Assembly (NCBI GenBank): GCA_002269645.1
Contig: NIVC01002494.1
Span: forward strand, 1 to 64,000
Reading direction: 5' to 3'
DNA length: 64,000 nt
Source of the DNA: Macrostomum lignano
Taxonomy: Eukaryota
The position numbers and the translations under genes are program-made. Below the pieces are notes generated by a model that was not told the DNA's origin, searched no databases, and saw only the letters and a list, made by a program, of their open reading frames with translations. Shown in pieces: positions 1-38,424 of this stretch (the stretch's first letter is position 1; each line of letters opens with the position of its first letter).

Positions 1-463
1 TTTATTGCTCAATAGTATGTAGAAACCTTGAGACAGTGGAATCAATGAGCAGCTTGAGCACATAGGCTAAAATTTGAAAGTTATTCAATTAGGTTAGCTT
101 TCCCTATTACCATTTATGCCAATATCCATTATCTATATAATTCTTTTGCTGCCAATTTTGTGTCGGCTGCCGATCAAGCATCGGCGCTCGAGCGCGATAA
201 AGAAAATTACTTAAATAAGCCGCGATTAATCAGCCCAGCAAGGCAACCGCTTGAAAGCCTATCAAAGCTTGTCAAGGTGTTGATAATAGGAACAAAAGAA
301 TAACAAAGGTCACAATTTATCCACTCTCAATTTTTTATCGGTACACTTGTTCAACTGATGCAGCCGATTAAATAGAGCGAGTAATTGGCAGGCCAGTTCG
401 ATTGCCCCCCTGCACCTTAGGCGGGCAATCAAGGCATTATTGATAATCTGGTTATCGCTAAAC

Positions 464-24313
<23,850 letters not shown>

Positions 24314-25579
24314 TTTAATATTGAATGAAGCGTCTTTTAAAATGCTACTGCCCAGCAGTTTATAGTAAGTAGTATATATAGCAAACATACCTACCATTTA
24401 TACACTTAAAACTGTTTGCACTTCAGTTCTCGGCACCTCTCTTCCGTGTATTCAAGCAGGTTTAGTATAAATAATAATAGGAAATTGATGCATCTGCTAT
24501 GACATTTTTTGTCCTCGCCTGTCATACGTTTTAATTGTGTATAATTATATTTTTGTGAACTAATTGTGAGATAAAAGTGCGCAGCTGCTCTGTGTGTGTT
24601 TCGCTTCAATTTTTTATTTGGCACAAGCCGGGCAGAAAGTCCAGTTTTGGTTCAAGCAATTTCCCCATATATTATCCGCTTTTCACCCACCCGTTTGCGA
24701 GGCAATCTCCAGTTTTGTTATAATTTTATTATTGCATTTTGCTGTTGTCCGGTCTCCTCGATTTGTTTTAATAAATAATTTAATTATGATTCATTTTTGT
24801 CCCAATTCAAATTGATGATGATAAGGATGATTTGTATCATTGTGCTGCTTGGGTTTACAGCCGTCTATTTACTCATAGTGCTTAAGCTTATATTCTATTT
24901 TTAGTTTATTAAAAATATTACATTGGCAATTATTTTGTTGTGTTTAGGCATTTTTATTATTATTACTCTATAACATATTAGTGCATAAGCTGCTTTATTC
25001 TATTAGTTTCTGTTCGCTTTCATGTATAATTAACTAATTGTAATCCGTTACTATTATTAATACTATGCATAGACTGGCACTTATTAACCCCCAACTAGCT
25101 GTAAGACAGTTATTTGTTGATTTAAATGGCATTTTTCTCATTCATTTGTTTGTTTGCTTGTATTAGTCTGGCAAGGCAAGCGCAATGTCGCTCTCGCACA
25201 TACACACTGAGGAAAATGCAACTATAATATAATACCAATGCTTTTTTATATCCCAATATTGTCCTGCATATTTGAATCCGCTTTTTAGTCCCTTAGATCT
25301 TCATCAACAGCATCACCAGTTGGCCATTCGATGTTTTCGTTTGCTATTGTGTTGTTCTGTTCACGTTACACTTTCTGCTACTGTTACACTCCCGCTGCGT
25401 GCCCCCCGCCCTCAGCTGTTGCACAAACTCGCAATTGTGTTTTAGTCAGCCTGTTCTCTTATCTCTCGAACAAATCATGCCTCGTCTTATTATAATAATT
25501 GTCACAGTTCAATCGGCTGAGAGTGCGGTCTTAAATTTTATGGCTTTTGCGCGTCGCGTGACTGTCGATTTGTGCAGTT

Positions 25580-26025
25580 TGGAAATGTACATTGCGATGT
25601 ACAGCTGGAATTGTACATTGAGATTTACAGTTAAGAAATGTACATTGTGATGTACAATCTGGAAATGTACATTGTGATGTACAAATTGTCAATGTACATT
25701 GTGATGCACGAGTTGGAAATGTACATCGTGATGTACAATTTGGAAATGTACATTGTGATGTACAATTTGGAAATGTACATTGTGATGTACAATTTGGAAA
25801 TGTACATTGAGATGTACAGCTGGAATTGTACATTGAGATGTACAGCTGGAATTGTACATTAAGATGTACACAACTGGAATTGTACATTGAGATTTACAGT
25901 TAAGAAATGTACATTAAGATTTACAGTTTGGAAATGTACGTTGTGATGTACAATTTGGAGATGTACATTGTGATGTACAAATTGAAAATGTACATTGTGA
26001 TGTACAAATTGGAAATGTACATTGT
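25580..26025. repeat. 27-bp quasi-palindromic minisatellite
   Basis: Unit TGGAAATGTACATTGTGATGTACAATT with two TGTACA palindromes. Confidence 0.92.
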
Positions 26026-26356
26026 GACTTATTGCGTAGTGCAGGCCGACTCTCGGTTGGTTTTTTGGAAACTATAGTTACAAATTTTATATTTCCTTTC
26101 TTGTCAACCATGCCACAGCAGTTGCGCAATCTCTCTCCATTTATTTGTGTCTCCCCTGTGCGTCTGTGCGCGTGTACAAAAAGTATATAAATTATTTGCA
26201 AAACGGGTTCTCTGTCAGTGAATGTGTAAGCAAACTTTATCCGATAAATAGCTTAATAAGCGAGTTGCAGACTTTGCTGATTTTGTCAATTTATTTCTTC
26301 AGAGAAATTTTGTTTAATTTGAAAATAGTCAGTGGTTTGAGCCATCGTTGTGTCTC

Positions 26357-26488
<132 letters not shown>

Positions 26489-26520
26489 GTTCAGGTGCGG
26501 CACAAAGCTCCTCGCGGTCA

Positions 26521-27399
26521 CTATTTGATGAACATCTGCGTTGAGCTGACTGTGGAGCAGTCGTTTCGATTCGAGATGACGCAGTCCGTTCCGTTGTAGA
26601 TGAAGGACAGACAGGCGCTGTTCTGGGCGCACAGAACGGCGCACTCCAACAGGGCTTTCAATCCCGAAGTGGGCGTTTCCACCGCTGAGCAGCTGGCGCC
26701 AGTGATGGAAACCTTGTGAAACACCGTGTCTGGAATGTGCCGGGGGGATCTGCTGGTCTCAACAGATTCTGTCTCTTGTGATGCACTTGAATTGAAAGCT
26801 ATGGAGTTTGATTACCGAAATAGGCAGATTGGTTAAAGAGATCGGCAGATTGGTTGCTAAGATCGGCAGATTAGTTGCCAAGATCGGCAGATTGGTTGCT
26901 AATATCGGCAGATTGGTCATCGAGATTGGCAGATTAGGTATAGAGATCGGCAGATTGGTCATCGAGATTGGCAGATTGGTTGCTAAGATTGGCAGATTAG
27001 GTATAGATATCGGCAGATTGGTCATCGAGATTGGCAGATTAGGTATAGAGATCGGCAGATTGGTTGCTAAGATTGGCAGATTAGGTATAGAGATCGGCAG
27101 ATTGGTCATCGAGATTGGCAGACTAGGTATAGAGATCGGCAGATTGGTTGCTAAGATTGGCAGATTAGGTATAGAGATCGGCAGATTGGTTGCAATGAAA
27201 GTATGATGATCACATAACGATTTCGATGATTTAGAATTTCCAAGTGCTATGCAAAATTCAGCAGATAAGGTACATGTTAAAAGTACAAAAGTGCATGAAA
27301 AGACTCGCTTGAACTGGCGGATTGAACTTTCAGTACGCAGAAGCTGGCGATGAAGTACAGGGCCAGCAAGACGGGTGTGATTGAGACAGGCCTCTCCAT
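26521..27399 (-). CDS. Small secreted PAN/apple-domain-like protein, about 97 aa. Exons 27399-27315 (donor uncertain) and 26729-26521
   Basis: Exon 1 is signal-peptide-like (MERPVSITPVLLALYFIASFCVLKVQSA). Exon 2 follows a TTCCAG acceptor and has the PAN/apple pattern ECAVLCAQNSACLSFIYNGTDCVI. The only phase-compatible donor (GTTCAA) is weak. Minus-strand GTAAG donors at 27935 and 28036 suggest 5' UTR exons. Confidence 0.6.
26810..27195. repeat. 21-bp minisatellite in the PAN-like gene intron
   Basis: Units such as ATAGAGATCGGCAGATTGGTC with several variants (IEIGRLV pseudo-ORF). Confidence 0.92.
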
Positions 27400-28189
27400 A
27401 CCGCTTCGGTTGCTGTGCTTGTAAGCTTTGTGCTCTGCGAGGCAATTGCAATAATTCTGCTTCTGCAGCAATTTGTAGCGAGTATAGATATACTCAACAA
27501 TCGCCTCGCCCCCGGCGTATTGATCGCTTGCAGTTTCACTTCGGGGGGAGGTGGTTGGGATGCCGTATCCATAACAACGAGAGAGCTGTTTTGCTGCTCA
27601 TAATCCCCCTGCTTTTAAACTCCTCCCGCCTTTTCCATTAGAAGGCTTGGAATCACTTGGAACCAACCACCTCCTCCATCCCAGATGGCGCAATTGTTTC
27701 TGCTCAGCGCTCTGGCTTCAAGAAGCAGCCAAGCGATTAGCTGAGAGCATTGTTGTAAAAAACGACTTTGATTCAAGAGCTCTGCGCTTTTTTCTGAAAA
27801 AAAATTCCGCCAAAACAATGAAGCCTTGCTTAGGGATTTAACAATTAAAGCGTCGTGAGTGGTGCGTGAGCAATGGTAGATTGCCTAGTCGCGCACAGTG
27901 TCTATGGCCATTGTTTAACTCTGCAAAATACTTACTCTAGCGCATTGTCGCTGAGACCGGCATGTCATTGTTTATCACTTTTATATTGTCATTTTTAACA
28001 CTTTGAATCAGTTTGCGCGAGCCCGCGAAGGCTTACCGCCCTTAGTGCAAGAAGGGGGGCTGTCTGGGTGTTGACTGTCTTGTGGGGTGGTGGGTGCGTT
28101 GTACTCGCCGTGTTTGCCCTGATCAACGTTAGATAACAAAACGACATGGCACCAATTCCACCTCATATATTGGAAAAGGGAGTACGACG

Positions 28190-28320
28190 TTTGCTTGCGG
28201 GAAGTTTGCTTGCCGAACTTTGCTTGCCGAACTTTGCTTGCCGAGCTTTGCTTGCGGAATTTTGCTTGCCGAACTTTGCTTGCCGAACTTTGCTTGCCGA
28301 ACTTTGCTTGCGGAATTTTG
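28190..28320. repeat. 14-bp tandem repeat
   Basis: Unit TTTGCTTGCCGAAC, about 8 copies. Confidence 0.88.
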
Positions 28321-29995
28321 ATGTCTACTTCCTAGAAATTCCGAAATTCGCAATCACAATTGCAAGGTTTTAATTTACCGAATTATTTTCTTGTCTGCTT
28401 GCTTGTTTTGAGTGCTTGTGAAGTTGGTCAGTCAATTATTACCTACTACAGATGCTTTGCAAGTGGATTCTTATCAGCATCGACGTAAACTGACTTGACA
28501 CTAAGCTATCAAACTATAGGCTTATAGAGTTTCATTCTAAGTATGAAATGACTATTCGATATGTGCATTGTTCGAAATTGTGTCCAATTTTTGTTGAAAA
28601 TGTATTCCCAGTAAAAAACTAAATTATTCCATTTTTGCATTAGGGCTTTTCAAATCCGCCATATCCTCATACAAAATCATAACACTATAGGCGACTTCCA
28701 CGAATCTTAGAAAATGAAAATTGTAAAATACAAGACCTCAAAAATAAGTCATTTAAGGTTCCGCAAGAAATTAGTGACCAGCCCCCACGAATGCAGAAGA
28801 CAGCAAATTGGCCAAGCGAGAGCGCGAAAGCAAAGCGGAGCGCACAAAGCGAAGCGGCCTCCGACGAACTATATACGACAAAGGAGACAAGACAATTTAA
28901 AAGGAGATAAATTGGAAATTAAAATTAAATGTCAACGCGTAAGAAAAAAATTTTAGCAAATCATAACAGTGAGCGCACCGCTGAAACAGCGTGCTAAATA
29001 GCCAGCGGAGGCCGGGGAGGGGCTAAGTACAGCCACGGACTACTTAAGTAGAAGGACGTAACACTCTAAAATGGTGCAAATTTTTTTGAAGGCCGATTTT
29101 TCAAACTGCTGCCATTTTTTTTTCTTTGCAGATAAAGAGCTGATTCTTTCACCAGGTTGCACAAGTTGCGAGCACCAATGCAAATCATTGCAACTGTGGC
29201 TGGCAAACCTCGGCAAGCAAATTTCATAGACCCAAAACTATATACTACAAATTTCATAGCCCATACATCATCCAGGAATGTATCAAGCTAAGGACTACTA
29301 GGAACACTTCGTTATAGTCTAGTCTAGTAGTCCTTGCAGAATGTATTTGCACTTAATGTAACCCTGCCTTTACCTAGTATAGGACCAATCAAGTAGCTAC
29401 GTGTAGGTATTGAAATTGTATTAATTCAGTAAAATTATAGGTCTGCTTTGATCAACAGTTGGAGTTGCTTCGTGTACACAAACTTTTACAAATTAAATTT
29501 CACTAAATTAAACTAATTTGATAATATGAGCATCTAGATTACGTTTATCAGTCTGCGTTGAGGTTTTTGGTCTGCATCATGCGTCTTTGTTGATCGTGTC
29601 AAGCCATATATAATAGCTTGAATTCCGATACATGCATGCAAGGAGATAGTTAAACACTGCATTTGCATAACTCATGTAGGTTTCGAGCTATGTGGCTAAT
29701 TTTTACTCGCTAACGCATCTGACATCGTACAGTTTGGAGTCTGGACGTTCTAAATTTGTAAGCTAGCATATGGACTTAATTTAGCCTTCAGATATAAAAT
29801 TTTGGATAAATTGGTCGTACAGAATATAGCTATCTGAACGTTAATATTTTCTATAGTTACTTTTAAATGTTTGCAGTCTACCAAATTTAATTACACTTTA
29901 ATAATGTCAATACAGAAGTTGCAGAGCCTTTGTTATAACTCTAATGTTATTGTGATTTGAACAATTTTAAATTTGTGAGACATTTGTGAGACATA

Positions 29996-32900
29996 CGGGT
30001 CGTTCTCAAAGCTAGGTCACAACTTTTTGTTATTGCAAAAAAAGTTTATACATCGACCAATAATCGTACAAAAAAAATTATTTCGACAATTTCTGTAAGA
30101 AGCTGCTACTAAAACCACAAGAAAACTTGAAATTGAGAAGAAATCAAGGCTATTTGTTATTCTTTGTTGCGGAAAATAAACGACAAAAATATTAAAGAGA
30201 AAATAAAATTTTCTTCTATTTTTATTTTAAATATGCAGTTAAATTTCTTTTGCAAAAATAAAAGAACAAGAAATTGACAAAGGAAATGTTTTTGAGCACA
30301 GCATTTTGTTACTCTGCTCTAAATCCCAGACATTTAAAATTATCGTGTGCGAAAAAGTGCGAAATTATTATAGCATGCACTCGAAAGGACTTCGATCAGT
30401 TTAATTAATCACTGAATTAAGAAGTCTAAATAAGTCTTGAAAGGTTGAATTAAAAATCAAGTTTTCACTATGTATCTTTTCAAAGTCAAGATGATTCGAC
30501 AAATAAAGAATGTTCATTTTCACGGTGAATAGAATTGTTCATTTTTACATTAAATATAATAAAATCTAACTAATAATAGAAAAAGTCAGGGAACTATCCT
30601 TGAACACCAAAAAGCACATTGTGGATTTAATATCAACTGCATGTTCCTTAATAAAGGAATTCGGATTCTAGTATATATTTGATTATTTGCAGCATAATTT
30701 CTGAAAACTATAACTTGCTTGATTTTACTTTAAGTACTTATTACATTAATACTTATACCAAAGCTACATGTACTTAAAATAAAAAATTATAGTTACTTAT
30801 TAGACATTTTACTCCAATTAACTTAAAATAATTCAAATTTATTTTAATTAATTCATTTTTTGAAACTTTTTGGAAAATAGACAAAATTGAATTATTTAAT
30901 TACCAAAAACCTACTAGCTTAACTAAAATAGCAATTAGTCTTTAAGAAAAGATTTCACTTGTTAATTGAGAAAAATGAGGATGTGCGAGGTGTAAAAATG
31001 CGAAAGAGCATGCAGGAAACAGAGACAAACAAAAATGTAGGTAAAAGACACTGCACATGCACATAATATGATAACCAGACATAATGCGCACACTCAAACA
31101 CCAGTAGCAATGACGCCCAAGCTTTTGATGATCACAAGCGAAAAGGCAAAACCCAGCCATCAATCAAAGAAGTAGACTTTAGCACGCATCTTGAGTGCAT
31201 CACGCATTTTTTGCAGAGAAGCTCGAAAATTAACATTGTATTCTGTGCACAACCACCAACTGCGACAGGGTCTGCCGGGGGATTTGTGGGCACGCGGTCG
31301 CGGATCCAAATCGGAGGAGTCGCTGACCATTCTGAAATTACAAGCTAGTACATGTAATTTTGTGTATTAATATATTTAGCCCGCTTTATTTCTATGCTCT
31401 CGTCCGCCTCTCGTTAATGCATCCCCAGACTCATGCAATAATCAAACTTATGATCGAACTATGCATGGCTTCCGTCCCTCGCTTTGAATCTCTCACCTCC
31501 CCATAGTTCCATCAACCTTACCGTAGTGGCTTCCTATGCAAAAATCATCCCTCCGCATCTTACACAGGCTACTTCAGGCTGTAGACTGTACTACACTATT
31601 AATTAGTTGCGCTAAGGAATCTACATGTATTTGCTCGCAGCGCAGCGCGCTGCTCAAATAAGGTTAGATCCATCTAGATATTCTAGTAATTTCAGGTTTG
31701 TCCATAGACTAGAGCTCATGAGATGAGAATTCCATTAACTAGTACATTTAATATGAATGAACTGCGTATGTGTGTGCTGTGCATACATATGTATAATATA
31801 CGAGTAGTTTATGGGCCAAATTATTGTGTGGCACAATTCTTGGCATCACTCAGCAGGCACAAGATGCAGTTAAGCAGCGCACGAAAATTCTACAAAAGAA
31901 ATTGAGCCTGGTTGAGGTGATGCGAGGAGGCAGATCCACACAATCTCAGTGAATACACCAGACTGCACCAGATATGAGTCCAGTCGAATGTGCGCACTGG
32001 TCTAAGCAGCACACGCATGTCCTCCTGACAATGACGGCACCTAGCTTCGTCCAAGCCTTGCCAGCTTCACTGACAGCGTCAATACTACCATGCAGTGCCA
32101 CCTGCAGCACCGACAACGGCAATTCCTCCAGTTAGCCCACAACAGTGGCTAAACTGAGGGACAGGGAACCTACCCGCAGAAGACACACACATACACACAC
32201 AGCACCGGCAGCAGCACTCTGACAGCATAACCTAAAGCTCCATGAGCTCAGTTTTCAAGCATTGAAGAAGCAGAAGCAGTCATCTTGAATCCAGGGATCA
32301 GGAAGAGTGTTGCATGTCCGACATGTGCTGTTTCCGTGGCAAAAGGTGATGGAGCAAATTAATCAACACTTACTATCTAGCTCGTATTAAGACTAAAAAA
32401 CTGAGGCAAGCTGGGATTAAACCAAGGAAAATTTTTTACTATACTTTTTTACCATATCACTTGTTAATTTGTAAATTGTAAATAATTGTAATTGTTAATT
32501 GTAAATAGTGGTTACTTTTATAGTATAGTAGAGAGGTACTCTATTTAAATGCAGTAAGAAGTGAAACAAATTTATATATTTAATTATTAAACTAAATTAA
32601 TTCAAGGTAAATAACTAATTTAACCAATTTATTAGGAGTATTTAATATTATAATAAATTGATTTTTATACCTTACACGAAATAAGCTCTACATTCATTTC
32701 TTAGCTTGGGGCCCATCTGTATAAGGTCAGTTTCTTCAAAATGCTGATTAATTAATTAAGGCCTGTTGTCTTTACTTAAATTTATAAGGGCATCTTAGAA
32801 GTTAATATTACTATATAATACATGTATAATATTATTACTATATTATAATAATATAGTTGCAATTTTAATGACTATTGAATAAGTCTAAATGCTTCTCCTA

Positions 32901-35900
32901 TTGACTTTAAATATATGGTATCTTTCCCTTCAGAAAAAATTAGCATAGAATGACTTGATGAAAACAAAAAAAATCATTTCGAGATACACATTTGCTGATC
33001 ATTCAGGTCAAATTTCAAGGTCCAGTTTTGCACATGTTTCTCTGTAGCTTGGTTACAAGGATTCTAATAAAAATATAATAAATATGTCCAATGAACTAAC
33101 TGATACATAGCCAAATTGAAGTATTTTCAAAAACAAAAAAAATCATTTGCTCAGTTTACTTTACTGGATATCTGTGTAAAATTTCAGCTCAAAAGGTGCT
33201 CCATGGAGAATGCTAGTGTGGTTACAGGATATTTATTTTGTGCTTCAAAGTAGGAGTTTATTGCGATGCATGGTTGCTTTTAATTATTATTATCAACAAT
33301 AGTGCTCTATTTCATAACAATTTTTTACAAAAAGATAATAAGACATGTTTTTCTAATTATCTGCATCAAAATGTATCATTTTAAGCGCACATTCTAGACG
33401 TCAACTGAAAAATACATTTTGTGAGATGAGAAGAGGCTATCCCACAGGAAATGCTAGGCGTACAGTTAAGCGTCTATAAAATAATTTATAGTGCAGTTTA
33501 TTAAGCTTTTAAAAAATCTTAAATTAAATTTATATAAGCTTTCATTTTAAATGTAATATAGCAAGGTTTCAACACAACAACAACTTTTTTTAGCTACGGA
33601 CATCTTGTACTATCAAAAATTAACATCGGTGAAATGATTGAATTTGAATTTTTTCATCGCTAATTATCGCTTAATACCGCCAGATGATTAAAAACACTTT
33701 TGCTTGATAAAGTTCAACCCAAAAATTATCTTTATTCACAGATAAAAGTGTCCTATTATTTTCAATATGGCAGTAACAATAGTAAATGTTCGGAAAATTG
33801 TTAAAATTTTTGCTCCTCCTAGAATTTGCGAACGACCCGGGTGTATATAAAAGCTGGCACTGGCACATTGGACACATTGGACACCCCTTTTTATAACAAA
33901 ATTAGATATGAAAATGCAGAATAAACTTGCGGAGTTACTTTAAATAATTTTTAAAAAATGATAATATTAGAAATGACATCCTTGCTTTCGTGATAGATGA
34001 TTTGTTAAATATTCTTTGTATTATCGTTTTTTGTACATGTTTAATTTGGCATTCGATTTTTTAAAATAATCGCACATGTATGCAAAAACTGCAGCTTGCA
34101 ATGCTATTACACTGTGATTTTACTACCCCGAAGGTTCTGTACTACAGGCGTACCGATTTAATGCTAAATATGCCTGATATATAAAATGATCAAACTAATA
34201 GTCAGAACTCAATTTTCCATAAAATGATGAAGCATTCTGCTCTTATCAAAAAACCACAACTTATTTTGTTAGGATTACTTCATGAAGAACGAACTTTGGA
34301 TATTTTAAGTTGCAAGTATTTCTATATTAAAAAAGTTAATACATTGGCAGATTATTTGATGAAAAAATTGCACCCAAAAAGTTTTTTTACTTTGTAAGAT
34401 GATGATTAAATTGATAATTTCCAAGCTTCTTCTTTTATTATTTCAATTACTTTTTCTATGATTTCAACCAACAAAAAAGGAATAGCTACTCAGTGAAAGT
34501 TCAAATTACAGTCTCTTCTTTATATACAATCCTTGTAAGAAAACCTTTTATTATGAATAATTTGCCAAGTCATGATATTTAAGAAATTGTGCTAATCATT
34601 TAAATTATGAGTTAAAAAATTCAAGCATTTAAGTAAAAAATCTACCTTACAGACCAAGAAGTCTTTTTACTGAAAAGTTATGTGACACTTTGAATAAACA
34701 ACATATAAACCATCTTCACATAACATTTATTGTCATTTATTTCAGGCCTAAATCCTTTAGCACATAAATATTCTGCACGTATGTTGCAGGGTATACTTAC
34801 TTCTTCTAAAATCCTACAAATGCCACAAAGTTTTAATAGGCAGATTTATTAGTATTGTTTATATTAATATTTCTATATTTATGAGAAGTGTCCCAATAAG
34901 AACAAGTTCCCAATCAGTAAAACACTATTTTTTAATTCTAATGTCCAAAATTATGGCATTCTAAGGGACCAAGTGATAGGTTTTAAGCTACTATTAGCAC
35001 CTGCATGTTTTATTTATTTAATACCTACACTTTCCTTAATGTCTATAGTTTGCCTAATTGCCTAATTGCTAACCCTAATTCTAGCCTTCTTGGCTTACAA
35101 TTTTGCATCTTCACAGCATATTATTCAATTCAAGCCCTACTAATTTTATTAATTTTATTAGCCTCTCTTAATTTTATAAAATAATAATTTTCTTTAGTGT
35201 AACTGCTCCAAAAATTTAAGTGGTGTGCCGAAACACCACTTGCACCATTACAGCCCTGTCTATAATTTTTTTGTGCTAATTGGTTGACCACTTTCAATAA
35301 TTTTCTTGGGTCAAGAGTGTGATATATGCATATTGCAGCATGAATTTTTTAAAGAATCCCTAATTTTATACAAGGAATCATACATATTTATAGAAAGTTA
35401 GCTCTTAGAGTAGAGATAAAGTACATAAGACTATTAATAGCAACTTTTCATACAATTGCTTATGGTAATGACTTCTATTGTTATAAAGTTACAAATAAAT
35501 AAAAAGTTACATTGCATTAAAACTGTACTTTATGAGTTGTAAGCCTTTCAACTCAGAGTGCACTTCAATTGCTTTAATATACATTGCTAGATATTATTTA
35601 GCATTTCTTTGTTATTTATCATTTAACTCATTGCATTATTTAATTGCTAATTTCATTTGCTCAGCTGCAATATTTATAACTTTTTTATTAATGCCAATGT
35701 TTGTTATACTTTTTCTCCCCATTTTTAGTGTTTGTGGTATTCTTTTGTCAAATTTTAATTTTTCAGCTGTATCTATCTTTACAAAAAATTGTACCTGTAA
35801 ACTTATGGTTTTTTGCTTACAATGGTACTGTACTAAATTATATTTATTTCCTTGTTAGATTCTCTAAATTGAAAAAGTAATGCACTGCTTTATTATTATC

Positions 35901-36614
35901 CATATTGAATATTAAGGAGTTAGTATTCCTTCCTTGAAAAAGATTCTAGAGTTGGATTCTATTTGATAAGAGAATAAATAATTTATTGAGTTTTAATGTT
36001 TTTAAAACATTAATTAATTGCATTTTGATGGACATCATAACTTAAAAAATTATTCGTTTTTTTATTTAAGACACGGGGGATTTTAAAAGTCCATATTAAC
36101 AACAAATCAAACATTAACATTATGGGAGAGAGAGAGAGAGAGAGAAGGATTAGATTCACTTTCACCATTGCTGTTGATTTATGGAAAGGCAGTAAACAAG
36201 CCAGAGCAGCTGCAAATTGTCAAATATGCCATGTCCGGCTATAAAATTCTGCAACTAGTCTGCTGCTCACTTTTTCCAACGTTTATTGAGAACAAGAAAC
36301 GGCATTTAATGTTTCTATGTTTTCTGTAAGTGCACCAACTAGGTAAATGAAAATGACGTACCGAAAGTAGTTCGACAATAAAGCAAGATAAGAAATGAAT
36401 TTAAATGTAGAATAAAACTTGTTGATACTACCAATCTCATGGTTGTTAAAAGTATATAAAAAAGTGCAATTATAAATAAATATTTACATTTTCATTCGAA
36501 AGCCAAAGTAGATTTATTTAAGCAAAACAACGATCAAAACTCGATTTTTGTTAACATAAGGGGTGTCCAATGTGCCAATGGTGCCCTGCTTTTATACAGA
36601 CCCCGAACGACCCA
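29996..36614. mobile_element. TA-flanked TIR DNA transposon relic (element A), superfamily unassigned
   Basis: Left end TA|CGGGTCGTTCTCAAAGCTAGG (29996-30016). Right end, after removing element B, reads in reverse complement TA|TGGGTCGTTCGCAAATTCTAGG (33818-33838 plus 36614); TA at 29994-95 and 36615-16. Confidence 0.65.
33839..36603. mobile_element. Non-autonomous Mutator/MULE-like element (element B) with 10-bp TSD
   Basis: Perfect direct repeat CGAACGACCC at 33829-33838 and 36604-36613. TIRs of about 60 bp: GGGTGTATATAAAAGCTGGCAC...TTGGACACCCCT versus reverse-complemented GGGTCTGTATAAAAGCAGGGCAC...TTGGACACCCCT. Long TIRs plus 9-11 bp TSD are MULE hallmarks. Confidence 0.8.
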
Positions 36615-37674
36615 TACTATAGCTAGATACACAAAGATACTAGACATGCGAGAAAGTAAATTTAGCTAGCCTTTAATTAAGAATTTGATAAATAATATAC
36701 ACCCTTAAGAGGCTAAGCATAGCGCGCTGTCTACGTCTTGTCAAATGGGCTGTTTGCTAGACCTAGTGATGTCAAACTGAGTCTTCAATGGTCAACCGAC
36801 AACCTGCCAGGCCCTAGACTTATAAACTACCAACATCACCTCCATCATATTAAATCACGTATCCCACTCTGCTTGGTCATGCCAATAGCTAACTGATTTA
36901 CATGTCCAACAAATTAAGTTGACTCAAGTTATGCCTAAATTTAGGCCCCTTCTGGCTACCCTAATCTGTCAAGTAAAACGGGGTATGATATGATGGCAGA
37001 TGGGCCTATCAATCAGTTACATCTGCCTAGGTGGTTAAACTATGCGAAATTTAATATAATCTTGTCGAGGTTTAATAAATAGGCCTTACTAGACCTTAGA
37101 TAGGGCCAGGCCTACTAGATCTAAGCTAGATTATAAAAAAATAACTAGGCCCCTCCCCTAGTTTACTAGCCTAGCATGCATACTATATAGCAGTGCATAG
37201 GTTCAACTGATTTTGAATCAAATGTTACAAGCACTGATATTTGCATAATGATTTATGAAGTTTTAAGCCTGTAAGTACATTTTTCTATGCTTTATTTATT
37301 AAATTTATAGTAGGCCTTAACTGAAAGTAAGTGTTATAAATATGATTAATTATCAATAAATTATTAGGCCTGCTAATTACTAATATATTAGGCATAAATA
37401 AAAAAAATATATATAAGCTTATATTCAAGTTGTTCAAATAACATATATTTGAACAACTTTTGAACAGCTTTGAACAACTATACCTTAGGCATAAGGTAAA
37501 ATAAAATAGTAATGATAATTTTGTTATAATGTCTAAAATATAATAAGTATTGAATTTCAACTAGTTTCATTTGAAAAAAAACACCTTGACAGAGTTTTTG
37601 TTTTTCTAAAGTGATTAATATTGTAGTAGTGCTTTAATACAGTACGAATTTTGAACAATAAAGGTATGTTTTCT

Positions 37675-38424
37675 CCATACTCAGGAAGGTGGCCTACACG
37701 CGGGAATTTTCCCGCGTGCACAAGCCACGCTAAAATTTTGGCATGCAAAGTTGGCGTGCAAATAAGGGTCTCAAGCCACGCCTAAATTTTCGGCGTACAA
37801 GTTTTTTACTTGGCGTATAACCTTGGCGTGCAATTACAAACTGACAGTATATCAACAAGTAAGATATAGATGTATACACTATATATATAAAATATATAAA
37901 GTTAAACGTGAACAATTGAATTTGAATATTGATTAAACCAACTAATTGAGGCTACAGCCTAGCCTACAGCCAGGCCTACACTCTACAGCCTACATTAAAA
38001 TTAAAATATCGAATAACTTTTAAATGCTTTTATTTTGTGACTCTTGTAGACTTTTAGTTTATTTGTTTCTTAAAATGTGAAGAAAAAGTTTTTGATACTT
38101 ACTATGTTCTTTGTAGCGAATTTCCTTTTTTATATAAACTTTGTTTAATGTAAATAGAAAATTTATTTAAAAATAGTATCTAATACGGTTAATATTCAAA
38201 TTTTAACAATTTACTGTAGGGTAAACAGATGGTGTAACCACTTTTGGCATACAGGATTTTGGTATACACAATTTTCAGCGTATATGATTTTTGGTATTCA
38301 AGATTTTTGGCGTGCAACAGAAACGTCATGTTAAGGGTTTTAAAAAATTGGCATACATTGGCTTGCACCAAGGATTTTTCTATAAATTGATTCCGGCGTG
38401 CACTTGCTACCTTCCTGACTATGG
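37675..38424. mobile_element. 750-bp hAT-type MITE
   Basis: TIR CCATA(C/G)TCAGGAAGGT; perfect 8-bp TSD TGTTTTCT (37667-37674, 38425-38432). A related end appears at about 39954-39970. Confidence 0.85.

Noticed and set aside
28146-28181. ATG GCA CCA ATT... as SAC1 exon 1
   Set aside because: The nearest GT is phase 0, but phase 2 is required; peptide not similar to SAC1 N-termini.
35532-38371. Short hydrophobic ORFs in the AT-rich island
   Set aside because: Expected by chance in AT-rich DNA; no motifs, and several lie within MITEs.
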